Assembly: GCA_046761065.1 (NCBI GenBank)
Contig: JBHIFL010000034.1
Span: 1-45,561 of the forward strand
DNA length: 45,561 bases
Source of the DNA: Candidatus Heimdallarchaeota archaeon
GTDB lineage: Archaea; Asgardarchaeota; Wukongarchaeia; Wukongarchaeales; JBHIFL01
Direction of reading: 5' to 3'
A program made the translations under genes and the position numbers. Shown here piece by piece: positions 9,701-19,726 of this stretch. The number at the start of each line of letters is the position of its first letter. Within the stretch, counting starts at the first letter, position 1. The notes below the pieces were generated by a model, which saw nothing but the letters and a program-made list of their open reading frames with translations, was not told the DNA's origin and did no database searches.

Positions 9701-10573
9701 ATGAGAACAGAGAATCTTAAGAAAATTATCCTACAGATGTTTATGGATAGAGAATTCTACGGGTATGATGTTCATAAAACGCTTATGTCTGAAGATATTA
9801 AGATTGAGATTAGTCGTCTTTATCGGGTTCTAAATGAGATGCTGAGGGAGGGGTTGCTTGAAGGCTATTGGGAGAAAAGTCAATTTGGGCCTAGGAAGAG
9901 GATCTACAAACTTGGTGGGAAGGGAAGAGAGAAGCTCGATCAAATTCTCTTAGACGCTATTATAACCGTCCATAGCTTCTATGAAAAGTACCTATTGAGT
10001 CTTCCTCCTGAATTTAACACTTTTAATATCATTATCAATCAGTTTGTTGATAAGCTGGAGAGAGAGTGTAACATTGGCTACCTTACTAATAAATACTCAG
10101 TAATGCATGAGAGGATGATAAACACACTCCACAATAATATACTTAATGGGAAGCTTTACTTCATTAAACCGGACTCGGTACAGGCAGATCTTAACCTCAA
10201 TAATCTACTCAGTTTAGATGGTGTTTTTGATGATATTCCGATAAAGAATGATTATTTTGACTTTCTAATCGTTATAGGTATTCCCCCAAAGAAATCCCTG
10301 GCGGAATCTATAAGGGAGTGGCATAGAGTACTCAACAAAAACGGGAAGCTGGCGATTTTGATACCTACAGTACTCATACACAGTTACAAAGACCCAATGA
10401 CAATTGGTGAATTCATAGAGAAATACGAACACGACAAAAAAGGAAATCTCGAACAAATTACCCAATTATCTATTCAAGCAATGCTAAAAAACTTTTTCAA
10501 TAAAGTTGAAGCAAGAGAGATTGTTCACTTTACCGTTTTCCAAGTATCAGAACCATGTATTCTTCGGGAATAG
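9701..10573 (+). CDS. PadR-family winged-helix regulator fused to a methyltransferase-11-like domain
   Basis: FYGYDV...LYRVLNEM.REGLL...GPRKRIYKL at the N-terminus; IPIKNDYFD...IREWHRVLNKNGKL at the C-terminus. Confidence 0.88.
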   Translation: MRTENLKKIILQMFMDREFYGYDVHKTLMSEDIKIEISRLYRVLNEMLREGLLEGYWEKSQFGPRKRIYKLGGKGREKLDQILLDAIITVHSFYEKYLLSLPPEFNTFNIIINQFVDKLERECNIGYLTNKYSVMHERMINTLHNNILNGKLYFIKPDSVQADLNLNNLLSLDGVFDDIPIKNDYFDFLIVIGIPPKKSLAESIREWHRVLNKNGKLAILIPTVLIHSYKDPMTIGEFIEKYEHDKKGNLEQITQLSIQAMLKNFFNKVEAREIVHFTVFQVSEPCILRE

Positions 10574-11192
10574 CTGGAAAATTGAAAGGAGGAGTATGTG
10601 TATTTGGAAAGAAATTGTAGAAGCATCATATCCTCCCTTGAAATCTATTCATGACGGTAATCGCTGACGAATAGATTGGTTCAAAGAACAGAGGCGATCT
10701 TTCTGATCGCTCTAGCATTTCATATGATGATTCTAAGGCGTTTAGCCATAAATACCATTGTAATTGTAAATCAGTTTGTTTCTAAATATATTAGCTTCTC
10801 TCAACAGGGTCTCTTTATAATATTTAATAATTTTCATATTTATTGCTTTTTCAATATTAATAATCGCCTTTCAGTGGTATCTTCACGCATTTCAAAGTCA
10901 TCACTCGGAAGAACTTTGCACTAAGCAATCACCCTTACGAGTCGAATCTTGTTTCGGGATACAGACTCTTATGATCCAGATTGGTAATTTTGTTATCAAA
11001 AAATAGATGCTGATAGAACCAGAAGGAACAAAAACGCTTTCTGACCTTCGAGATCGTACATGAAAGTGGTTCATCTAGCTGGACGGGTGCTGAAAAATAT
11101 TTTGGATAAGTGTTGATTCATAGTCGGTCAGATTGGAACCCCAGATCGTTGAAATTGGTTGATCCGAGCAAGCCATTCGCTCATTAATAGTT

Positions 11193-11840
11193 CTATGAGT
11201 TATTTAGAATAGCTTTCTCAAAATTGAGTGTGTATGTAAAGAATGTTCCAAAACTTGCGTGTGTTTGAAATCCTGCCCTCCCACACCATTTTTTTACTGT
11301 GCGGCGAAGGGGGTAATCTGGATCTGGGAGGAATTCACTGATCGAAAGGATACCGTCCTGTTTAAGAACACGGCGTAGCTCATTCAAGGCGCCTATTCTG
11401 TTCGAAATTTCCGCCAAAACCGTAACCATGGCAACCCGGTCAAGGCTTTGGGCTCGGATCGGGAGTTCCGAAGCGGATGCTATGATGGGCGTAATATTTG
11501 CTAGTCTTTTTTGAGATACTTTTGTTTTCACCACACGTACCATCTTTGGTTGGATATCAACTGCGAGTACAGTGCTATCTGCAGATAGTCGATTTGCAAT
11601 TTCAAATGTAAAGGTTCCTGGACCACATCCGAGATCCATTACGGTGAAATTGGGCTCAAGCATGAGTCGATCTGCAATAGATGTTGGTTTTTGCAATTTA
11701 ATTCTAATACGATTATCCAAGATGTATCTTACGAAGTGTGGGGTCGGGAAATGAAGAAACCTCCATCCTATCCAAAAACCTATGAACACGATAAGAATTA
11801 TTATCCCTAGGAATTCAAATCCAAAACTCAGGGAACTCAT
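11193..11840 (-). CDS. Class I SAM-dependent methyltransferase with N-terminal TM
   Basis: VMDLGCGPG, AVDIQ, ALNELRRVLKQDG. Confidence 0.92.
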   Translation of the reverse strand: MSSLSFGFEFLGIIILIVFIGFWIGWRFLHFPTPHFVRYILDNRIRIKLQKPTSIADRLMLEPNFTVMDLGCGPGTFTFEIANRLSADSTVLAVDIQPKMVRVVKTKVSQKRLANITPIIASASELPIRAQSLDRVAMVTVLAEISNRIGALNELRRVLKQDGILSISEFLPDPDYPLRRTVKKWCGRAGFQTHASFGTFFTYTLNFEKAILNNS

Positions 11841-12206
11841 TCCAATTCCTCCTTAGATAAGTCTATTTTGAAAAAAGCTAAGTATAATATCAAAATTAGC
11901 TTTATATCACCTCATAAAGGGTGTTTTACAATGTCTAGAAACCTTTCGTTGCTCTTAGTACAGGCAATTATCATTATTTTTGTCATGATTTCGTCTCTTC
12001 TATTAATTAGTTCAAAGTCTATCAAATGCCCGGTCAAGCGTGAGACCTTGATCAAAGAGGTTACCCTTTTTCAGTCTTGCCAACTATATGGTGTCTTTTC
12101 GACAAGTTAGAAAAGGATTTACACAAAGTCTGTATCGATGAAAAAAACTAACAATCCATATTTCCCTAATTCCAGAAATGATCGATTTTATTTCATTCAC
12201 TCCCCA

Positions 12207-12653
12207 TCATTTCTCCCGCCTTAAGACTTTTGCAGGAAACCATCCTCGAGGGACATCAGTAATGTGGACTCTCTTCAGAGTTATTCTAACAACTGAAGTG
12301 GTAACCATTTCGAAGAAAGGCCTATACTCAGGCACTCGTTCTAGCACCAATCTTCTTCCCTTTACTTCCTCATTGCCCTCCACCACCTCAGCCATACCAA
12401 CAGCCTGAACAAACTTATCTGGAGTCCTGTTATCTATTGACAACGCCACTATCGGATTTTTCTTCAGATTTGACATACCTTGGCCACGATCTTCAATAAT
12501 ACAATAAATATATAATCCCTCCACTGCAAAGAACATTGTTGTAGCCCAAGGCTTTTTATCACTTTCAGTGGCTAATGTGCAAACCTTACAATCTTTGAGA
12601 ATCTCCTGCATTACCCGATATACTTCTTCCTCGCTTAGATCCCTTTGCGACAT
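12207..12653 (-). CDS. Pyridoxamine-5'-phosphate-oxidase-like split-barrel protein
   Basis: CTLATESDKKPW, NLKKNPIVALSID, VQAVGMAEVV. Confidence 0.85.
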   Translation of the reverse strand: MSQRDLSEEEVYRVMQEILKDCKVCTLATESDKKPWATTMFFAVEGLYIYCIIEDRGQGMSNLKKNPIVALSIDNRTPDKFVQAVGMAEVVEGNEEVKGRRLVLERVPEYRPFFEMVTTSVVRITLKRVHITDVPRGWFPAKVLRREK

Positions 12654-12882
12654 CTAAATCCACCTCATACGTAATGTGTTTTCGAGTTGTGTTTTAGGAT
12701 TCTTCGATGATAATAGGAGTGGAAGTCTAATCTCTGGGTTCTTTGAGATAGGATTATCTTATATATTAATATATACAAATTAAAAATGTTTTGGGTAGTA
12801 TGAGACTTGGATTCATTGCAGATAAGTTGACCTTCATTAGAGCTACATTACGTAGTTTTACTATAATTTCTTATAGAAATTA

Positions 12883-13911
12883 TTAACTTCTACCTTTTTC
12901 GATAGATAGAAGATTGAAGAATCCAAGTAAAAGCAAAGAATACCCAATCAACTTACCAATCATTTCGTAAGCATCCGAGGAACCAGCTCCACATACAAAT
13001 AGGACTAACCAACCGAACAGAACATATTTCCAAGAATGGGCATGGGTTTTATATGCTGATTTTAGAAAAATCCATCCAAGAGGGAGAACCGCGGCCGGAA
13101 ATACCACGTAGAATATATAGTTGTACGTCATGGAGAATAAAGGCATATCATAACCGATTGTCCATCTCCACGGCTCAGAAATAATCATTTCGAAAAGCCG
13201 AAAGTATTCAAGAGCATTTCGTTGTAAATATAATCCAATAGATACACCTATAGCCACATAGATGAGAGAAGGTAGTAACAGAAACCTTAACTTCTTTCCC
13301 TCTTGTTGTGCCAATTGGATAGCCAAGATAAGACTTACTAGAGCAACCACATTGTATAAGAAAGCAACAAGGCTTATTAGGCTGATTTCAAGGATATTTG
13401 GTAACCGAAAGGGAAAGAGCGCCGTATGAATGCCCCAACTGAGAAGAAACAAAGCCATACTGAGAAGGTAGATTGTACTACCTCTCTGTCCAGGTTTTTT
13501 TTCTGAGAACACCTCATGAAGCATCACAAAAGAAACCATGGGAGTTATTCCTATTGACAATACTGCAATAACTCTCAGATAATGTGTTACATGGGAAAAA
13601 AAATTTGCAGAAATCAACAGGAGACTTGTTGTTACTATAATTATGAAAGATACTACTAAAAAGATCTTAAAATGCGGTGTACGTTCTGCAGCAAGGTAAA
13701 GAATCCAAGCAGAGACGATTGCAGAGTATATAGTCAGTGTGGTGAAAATTCCTTCAAGAATGACTCCCAAAGATGCCGGAGGTACCCCTACAGGGAAAGA
13801 ACCAACGTATGAAATCGTGAAGGATAAGATATAGCCTCCCACCAAGAGCTCTAGTAAGAATTGCTTATCAGAATTGACAGTATTATCCAAGAATGAATCC
13901 ATGGAAATCAA
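12883..13911 (-). CDS. Polytopic membrane protein, about 10 TM
   Basis: 342 aa hydrophobic ORF at the end of the Rieske/cytochrome b gene run. Confidence 0.8.
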   Translation of the reverse strand: MISMDSFLDNTVNSDKQFLLELLVGGYILSFTISYVGSFPVGVPPASLGVILEGIFTTLTIYSAIVSAWILYLAAERTPHFKIFLVVSFIIIVTTSLLLISANFFSHVTHYLRVIAVLSIGITPMVSFVMLHEVFSEKKPGQRGSTIYLLSMALFLLSWGIHTALFPFRLPNILEISLISLVAFLYNVVALVSLILAIQLAQQEGKKLRFLLLPSLIYVAIGVSIGLYLQRNALEYFRLFEMIISEPWRWTIGYDMPLFSMTYNYIFYVVFPAAVLPLGWIFLKSAYKTHAHSWKYVLFGWLVLFVCGAGSSDAYEMIGKLIGYSLLLLGFFNLLSIEKGRS

Positions 13912-13985
13912 CCATAGTTATTGCAGTAAAAGCGCTTTTAATATGTGAGAGGGGGAATTTTCTGATCATTTTACCAAAAATACGG

Positions 13986-14765
13986 TTACTTGGGAATAAT
14001 CTTCCATTCTCGTCTCATGAGGACGATAAACGTCCCAATACAAAGTATTGAGACACCCAAAAGTAGCACTATCTCATATGCAGGGAAATCTGCCCGGCTC
14101 TCTATTCTGAAAATCTGGAATTCAGCAGTCACCCCACCACCGGTTCCATGGTATCCCCGATCTGTTCCTGTTATAAACGCAAATGCAATACCGTAAGAGA
14201 CCCCGGAAACCATTGTGATATCTTCATCTTGAGGATCACTGACCAATGGCATCTTCATCTCAATTACCACATTTCCGGTAGATCGCCCCACTTTTATTTT
14301 ACCATCTTCTTGGATATCTTTTACAAAGCTGATTTGTCCTGATTGACTTTTCGCTCCCTTACCATCTTCAAAAGTTATACTATTCCCATTAACCCTAATA
14401 ATCTTGATATCAGACTCTTCGGGCATACAGACATCTTTTACACGGCTGGGTACGATTTGAGTGGATACATAAAAGATTGAGGCATTCTCAATACTCGCTT
14501 TTGCATCCCAAGCAATATACAGCGAAACACCATCGTGTGCTAAAAACACATCGTCATCCTGAAGAGTGAGTGGGGAACTAAAGGGATGTAACGGGGAAAA
14601 AACTCTCCCATATTCTTCTTCTGTGATCTGACCGTCTATTAACGGGAGTTTCAGAAGTTTGGGGACAATATTAGTAGGTACCGTTTCCTGCGCCTTTGTG
14701 TAAGCGGTTCCAAATATTCCCAACAGTATAATAATAATTAGAAAACTTTTCTGCTTTATTTTCAT
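13986..14765 (-). CDS. Secreted DOMON/CBM9-like protein with C-terminal anchor, candidate heme b protein
   Basis: Signal peptide, PLIDGQITEEEY, LAHDGVSLYIAW, candidate ligands in VCMP and GYHG, PAYE+TM+RR. Confidence 0.7.
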   Translation of the reverse strand: MKIKQKSFLIIIILLGIFGTAYTKAQETVPTNIVPKLLKLPLIDGQITEEEYGRVFSPLHPFSSPLTLQDDDVFLAHDGVSLYIAWDAKASIENASIFYVSTQIVPSRVKDVCMPEESDIKIIRVNGNSITFEDGKGAKSQSGQISFVKDIQEDGKIKVGRSTGNVVIEMKMPLVSDPQDEDITMVSGVSYGIAFAFITGTDRGYHGTGGGVTAEFQIFRIESRADFPAYEIVLLLGVSILCIGTFIVLMRREWKIIPK

Positions 14766-15031
14766 GTCACTTCCTCCGAATATGTTTCACGGTATCGTGG
14801 TTCATCAATGTAGCTTTTCGCTAGTAAGGAAATCAATATACTTGCTGATGTTAGAAAGCAGAAAATAGCCAATAAGAGAATAAGTTCTTCCGCGCGCGCC
14901 GCATAATATCCGGGACCAAGCATAAACCGTAATTGATAGAGTATGTGCACTATTAAGCTAAGCTGTGCTAGAAAGAGTACCCAATCAAGGACGGTGAGAA
15001 TTGTAGGTATTTCTCGCCCTCTAGTCATCAT
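14762..15031 (-). CDS. Small 2-TM protein
   Basis: 89 aa with 4-nt overlaps on both neighbours. Confidence 0.75.
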   Translation of the reverse strand: MMTRGREIPTILTVLDWVLFLAQLSLIVHILYQLRFMLGPGYYAARAEELILLLAIFCFLTSASILISLLAKSYIDEPRYRETYSEEVT

Positions 15032-15303
15032 GGTTTCTCACCTTCTCCAACAAGTCGTTCGAATAATCTGTTGGGTTTTTTAATCCGGCCAGCATCCCTA
15101 TCAATCTGGTAAAAAAAGGCTCCTACAATTATTAAACTAAAGAATAGACCAATAGTCGCAAATAAGATCTGCATTACTAAATTTAGATTGAATTGAGTGG
15201 TAAGTTTTGTATCGAAGATCCCCCAGAGAACATTGATACATACAATACCCAGAACAATACAGCTGAGAATGAAAAGATAACCGATGCTTTTTGACACTAC
15301 CAT
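15028..15303 (-). CDS. Small 2-TM protein
   Basis: ATG 15303 follows GGTGG and the subunit IV stop at 15318; two hydrophobic helices. Confidence 0.7.
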   Translation of the reverse strand: MVVSKSIGYLFILSCIVLGIVCINVLWGIFDTKLTTQFNLNLVMQILFATIGLFFSLIIVGAFFYQIDRDAGRIKKPNRLFERLVGEGEKP

Positions 15304-15317
15304 AAATACCACCGTGC

Positions 15318-15770
15318 CTAAGGAATAAAGGGAATTATTGTCAATACAATCCAACTGATAATGGCAAATATTGCAACTGCTACGATAACTTTCCGGTCTC
15401 GAACGCGAAGGCTTTCTTTTCTGTCGATGAACGGAACAATTAGCAATATCACCCCAAGCACCACAAAAAGGATGGGAACTCCGACTTTTACTAAATCTGC
15501 GGGAAGATAACGGGGAAGGAACCTCAAGGTAATATACATCCAGTTAAAATACCATGCGGGCCCAATTTCTTCGGCTACGATGGCAGGAGAGGATGGTGGT
15601 GTTAACTCATAAGGGAGCAGTACAGAAACCGATAAAAGGGCCCCTATCACAAGAAAAATGCAGGCCACTTCCTTTAAAAGGTGATTGGGGAAAAATGGAA
15701 TAATAAATTCGGATTCTTCTGCTGCGAATTCACTTAATTCGGTATCTGTTCGTTCATTGCTTCGTTCCAT
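15318..15770 (-). CDS. petD: Cytochrome b6f subunit IV / QcrC-like
   Basis: PFFPNHLLKE, PEWY-like GPAWYFNWMY, LIVPFIDR. Confidence 0.9.
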   Translation of the reverse strand: MERSNERTDTELSEFAAEESEFIIPFFPNHLLKEVACIFLVIGALLSVSVLLPYELTPPSSPAIVAEEIGPAWYFNWMYITLRFLPRYLPADLVKVGVPILFVVLGVILLIVPFIDRKESLRVRDRKVIVAVAIFAIISWIVLTIIPFIP

Positions 15771-15792
15771 CGATTACGACCTCTAATTACGA

Positions 15793-16464
15793 TTAAAGTG
15801 GACGAGCAATGCCATGCTTCTTGACTAAGTAGAAGTGGACAACCAGTAAAGCAACCGTCGCGATAGGAAATACAACGAGATGGAATGCATAGAATCTAGC
15901 CAAGGTAGGGCCTGCTATTCTTTCTCCTGCCATGAGGAATCTTGCGATAGTGGGCCCAATATATGGGATGGTAGCAGCGATTGTGATCCCGATATTTGAC
16001 GCAAGAAATGCTTCCTCATCCCAAGGCAGTAAATACCCGGAAAACCCAAATCCAAGTGTTATAAAAAGCAAAAGGGTGCCAGCAATCCAGTTAAGCTCCC
16101 GTGGCGACTTATATGCCCCGGAGAAAAAGACTCGAATCATATGAAGAATACAGAAGAAGATCATGGCATTAGCAGACCAACGATGCAAGTTTCTGATAAC
16201 CGAGCCAAATGGTACTTCACTCATAATGAACCCGATGCTGTTATATGCTTGCTCGGGATTTGGTTGATAGTGGACTGCAAGAGTTACGCCTGTGACCCCA
16301 GACACGATGAAACACAGAAATGTGATACCTCCCAAACAATAGGCGGGATTAATACTTGAATGCTTTGGAATTGTCTTGGGGAAGAACGTTCCTAATTTGG
16401 TTCTTTTATCGATCCAGTTCCAGATCTTTTGGCTCATGTTTTGGGTTCTTTCGCTCTCGGTCAT
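15793..16464 (-). CDS. petB: Cytochrome b6 / QcrB
   Basis: YCLGGIT, RNLHRWSAN, ILHMIRVF, GYLLPWD, FYAFH...VH, C-terminal GIARPL. Confidence 0.95.
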   Translation of the reverse strand: MTESERTQNMSQKIWNWIDKRTKLGTFFPKTIPKHSSINPAYCLGGITFLCFIVSGVTGVTLAVHYQPNPEQAYNSIGFIMSEVPFGSVIRNLHRWSANAMIFFCILHMIRVFFSGAYKSPRELNWIAGTLLLFITLGFGFSGYLLPWDEEAFLASNIGITIAATIPYIGPTIARFLMAGERIAGPTLARFYAFHLVVFPIATVALLVVHFYLVKKHGIARPL

Positions 16465-17111
16465 TGTGATGCGCTCCCGGGCTTTACTCCAACAGCATAG
16501 ATGTTTCCGTCAACCATTTCCAGCTCGATTTGAGCTAGAGGTATCGTTACAGGTCCACCTAGGACACTTCCATCATATGGTGAAAAGCCGGCCTTATGGC
16601 ATGGGCAAAACATCGCTCCAGGTAGATCTTCCGACCACCCTGGCCAGTTAAGGAGAGTTCCTGCAGCAATTGTATCGATTTCAGTCCGTGTTTTATAAGT
16701 GGTTACACAGGCAAAGTGGGTGCACCGAGTAATAAATGCTAAATACCCCTCAATGCCAATATTAGGGTCACCGAGATTCAAAAGCTCTGCAGGCTCACCC
16801 ACATATGCTTTGGTAGCATGATAAATGAAAAAAGTCACTTGATCTTTTTCTGGAAGCGGACTAATCACATGGCGCTCGATCCGGTATTCCTGAACAGTAC
16901 GTGGTTCTGCAAATAGAGCTGCGGCGAATGGCGTCAGTGCGAGCCCACCCACAACCGCTTTGAGCATCATTCTACGGGTAATCTTTGCTCCTTGCTCTTC
17001 AGCGAGATCAGAAAGGGATGCATTTTCATCACTAGATGGATCTATTCGTTTGGGTTCACTTGGATTAAATTTAAACGCATTTTCCTTATCAGCATCTCGT
17101 TCTTTTGCCAT
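16461..17111 (-). CDS. petC: Rieske iron-sulfur subunit
   Basis: Tat motif TRRMMLK + TM, CTHFAC, CPCH, VLGGP. Confidence 0.93.
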   Translation of the reverse strand: MAKERDADKENAFKFNPSEPKRIDPSSDENASLSDLAEEQGAKITRRMMLKAVVGGLALTPFAAALFAEPRTVQEYRIERHVISPLPEKDQVTFFIYHATKAYVGEPAELLNLGDPNIGIEGYLAFITRCTHFACVTTYKTRTEIDTIAAGTLLNWPGWSEDLPGAMFCPCHKAGFSPYDGSVLGGPVTIPLAQIELEMVDGNIYAVGVKPGSASQ

Positions 17112-17969
17112 ATTTAAGCCTCAATAGTATGTATCAGAATTATTTTTGTGAGAATAAATATTGTTTATTTTTTATAGGATAGATTTTATTGTTTGAGTCT
17201 TATTCTTTTAGTAAAAAAATTGCAATATAACTATTTTTCGCTTGTATAATTATTTGGTCTAAAATATATACATATTTAAAGTATATACATTTCACCTATC
17301 TATGTACATATTCAAACAAAAAGCTCCTCATTCCTTTGTTTAAAGATTATAGTTTATCATTATAACTATAATCATCCTAAATTAATTTAAAAATATTAGT
17401 TACAAAAAGATGAACAATATAATATCATTTTTCATCTTTGATCAATCGACGAAACACGAGTTCTCACAGAGCCAAAATAAACAATTGTTGATAAATGATG
17501 TTGTAAATTGTATTCTCTGTGATTATTTCGATACCTCTTGTCCAATCGTGAACTACATTAAGGGTTTCTTGGCCTTGTGCCCCTATTAAAGGCGTATCGG
17601 TTCATATTCGAATCACTAGACGAAGTTTTCAAAGCCAGAATTGAGAAGGTGAATACTGCAATGGTGTCTGGGATTGTCGGACTATTGTTTGTTGTACAGA
17701 TGTCTGTTCGAAAGAAGTTGCCCCCAGTCGGTGCATAAGCACCTTCAAGAGAAAATGTATGACTATGTTCCTCAGATAATAAGAACTAGAATCACTTGAA
17801 CGATTTATTAAAGAGCATTACATTTTTGTTCATCATACTTTTTGAAAGCATTGTATGATCAATAACCCACTTTTCTTAACAAATACTAACAACAGAAAGA
17901 GATTTAAGCTCAGTTATTTTCCTTGAGCACTTTATAAATTATTTTAAGATTGAATTCATTAGAATTAAC

Positions 17970-18077
17970 ATGTTTAAGCCTAGGAAAGTTCGGTTGATAA
18001 AACTCTACCGGATTATTTCGTATTTACTGGTTATTTCTGCCAAAGTTATGCTCGTCTCAGGATATAACACTAGGTGA
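17970..18077 (+). pseudogene. Possible N-terminal remnant of a small membrane protein
   Basis: MFKPRKVRLIKLYRIISYLLVISAKVMLVSGYNTR* is a basic stretch plus a hydrophobic helix, then a stop. Confidence 0.25.
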
Positions 18078-18301
18078 TGTTACTCTAATCGCTATACAAT
18101 TTAAGGATCTATTTGTGATTTGTGTGGATCTTCAGTGCTATTTTGGCATTTCAAATTTTTTAACTACTTTCTTATAGAGATTCCTGTGGAAGATGTCCCT
18201 TTGTCCTATAAACACAACGTCGTATTGTTATTCCATTTTTAAATAAAAATTAGTTGTTACTCCATAGATCTTAGGACATCTTTTTTGTGGTAATATTCCC
18301 T

Positions 18302-18787
18302 TCACCATGTGTTGCCCCCGCTCGGTGGTGGCCAGCTATCGAGATATTTCCTAAGCAACATAAGTTGACCTAGATGATAGGAATTATGAATTGTGAGAAC
18401 TAAGAGAGCTTTAGCTGCTGTGGCTTTAGGCCATTCCTTAAGCGGTTTTATCAGTTTCCCTTTTTGGCTTAATTTTTCTGCTTCTTAGAGTCCATTTCTA
18501 AAGAGTATGATTAAATGATTCCAATCCGAGTCATCACCGTTATTAACCGTAGATGACCATCCCTCAGTAGCGTGTTCAGGCCACGCTACGGTTTCGCCTT
18601 GAAGAGAAGTTAAGACCAGTTCCTACCAGTAATTCATGTGTTACAAGATCTCCCAACATGAAAGAATACCTTCTGCTATCATGTGGTAAGCTAGTTCCGC
18701 ATCTAGTCCCTCAAGAGCTTGGAGTGGCTCTTCATGAGCATTATTCCCTCTTAGAGTTTCTACTAACATTGATTTCATATCGTTCAT
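18302..18787 (-). pseudogene. DinB/YfiT-family protein with three in-frame stops
   Basis: 162 codons without frameshift after a GAGGTG site: LRGNNAH..P..ALEGL, WEIL*HMNYW*, NGL*, HNSYHLGQ, WPPPSGGNTW. Confidence 0.9.
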
Positions 18788-19065
18788 ACTAGACACCTCA
18801 TAATTTCTGTGAGCATTTGTTGACTTCTAAAATCCTAGAGCTTTAAATAAGAATTGTTTGAAGCCTAATGCATATTTAATTTGATTTAATAATTTTAATT
18901 TCACAGGAACTGTTGTTATAGCTGGATAAGATAGTTCATTAAGTAACTGTCCCCCTTAAGGGGTAGCTATACCTTTTATTGATCTTAGAACAGCATAGCA
19001 TTTGGCAAAAATAAGTTGTAAGATCAAGATACTAACCCTCAAAGACCTTTTAGGTTGATAAGAAA

Positions 19066-19726
19066 TTGACACATAAAATGGAGATTCCTAATTGCAGTTG
19101 CGGAAATATAGCCCATTATAGATGTTCAATTGATGGAGAATATGTCTACTGCGAATGTACTCGATTTTTATTGATAAACAAGAAACATATTAAGCGATTT
19201 GATCAGAAAAACGTAATGATAGAAGTTTGCGATAAGATGGAACAAGATCCTAAAGAAAGATCAATGTTTAAGCTGTTAGAAATCATGACAAGCTGCCCTC
19301 ATCCAGAACGGCTTTATCTAGATTATGAAAGGGACCTGTCTCCAGTTTATGTTTATAGTCACCCTGAGTACAAGGTTAAGACTCTTTGTGTCTACATCAA
19401 TAAAGAGCAGGCAGGTTATCTCGATTTTGTATTTACCATTGATAAGATGGAAGAAATGGCGATTCAGTTTTGAGAAATGGCTATCCATCCTAAATTTCTG
19501 GGAAAAGGGGTATTTTCAACAATGATCCGGAAACTTAAGGAAATTGCGAAGGAGAACAATGTTAAGAAGCTCTATATAACGCATGAGAATGATAACTTAC
19601 CAGCAATTATCACCCACTTCGCTTTGGGAGCCAAAATCCTCTATACCTTGGAAACAAAAGAAGATGAGATAGAAAGGTTCGCAATCCCTTGAAAAAAATG
19701 AATTGGTACTCGCTTATGAATTGTGA
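19066..19726 (+). pseudogene. Zn-finger + GNAT acetyltransferase, interrupted
   Basis: ORFs 19066-19473 and 19477-19692 are in frame across a TGA (IQF*EMAIHPKFLGKG). A second TGA and an A7 frameshift precede the tail NELVLAYEL. The N-terminus is Cys-rich. Confidence 0.8.

Noticed and set aside
10600-11190. Spacer ORF 10676..10924, and similarly 1185..1433 and 11868..12110
   Set aside because: No motifs, weak starts and no clear ribosome-binding site; possibly decayed DNA.
19471-19473. Selenocysteine readthrough of the GNAT TGA
   Set aside because: The context fits a simple nonsense change such as TGG to TGA, a second stop and frameshift follow, and I saw no SECIS-like element.
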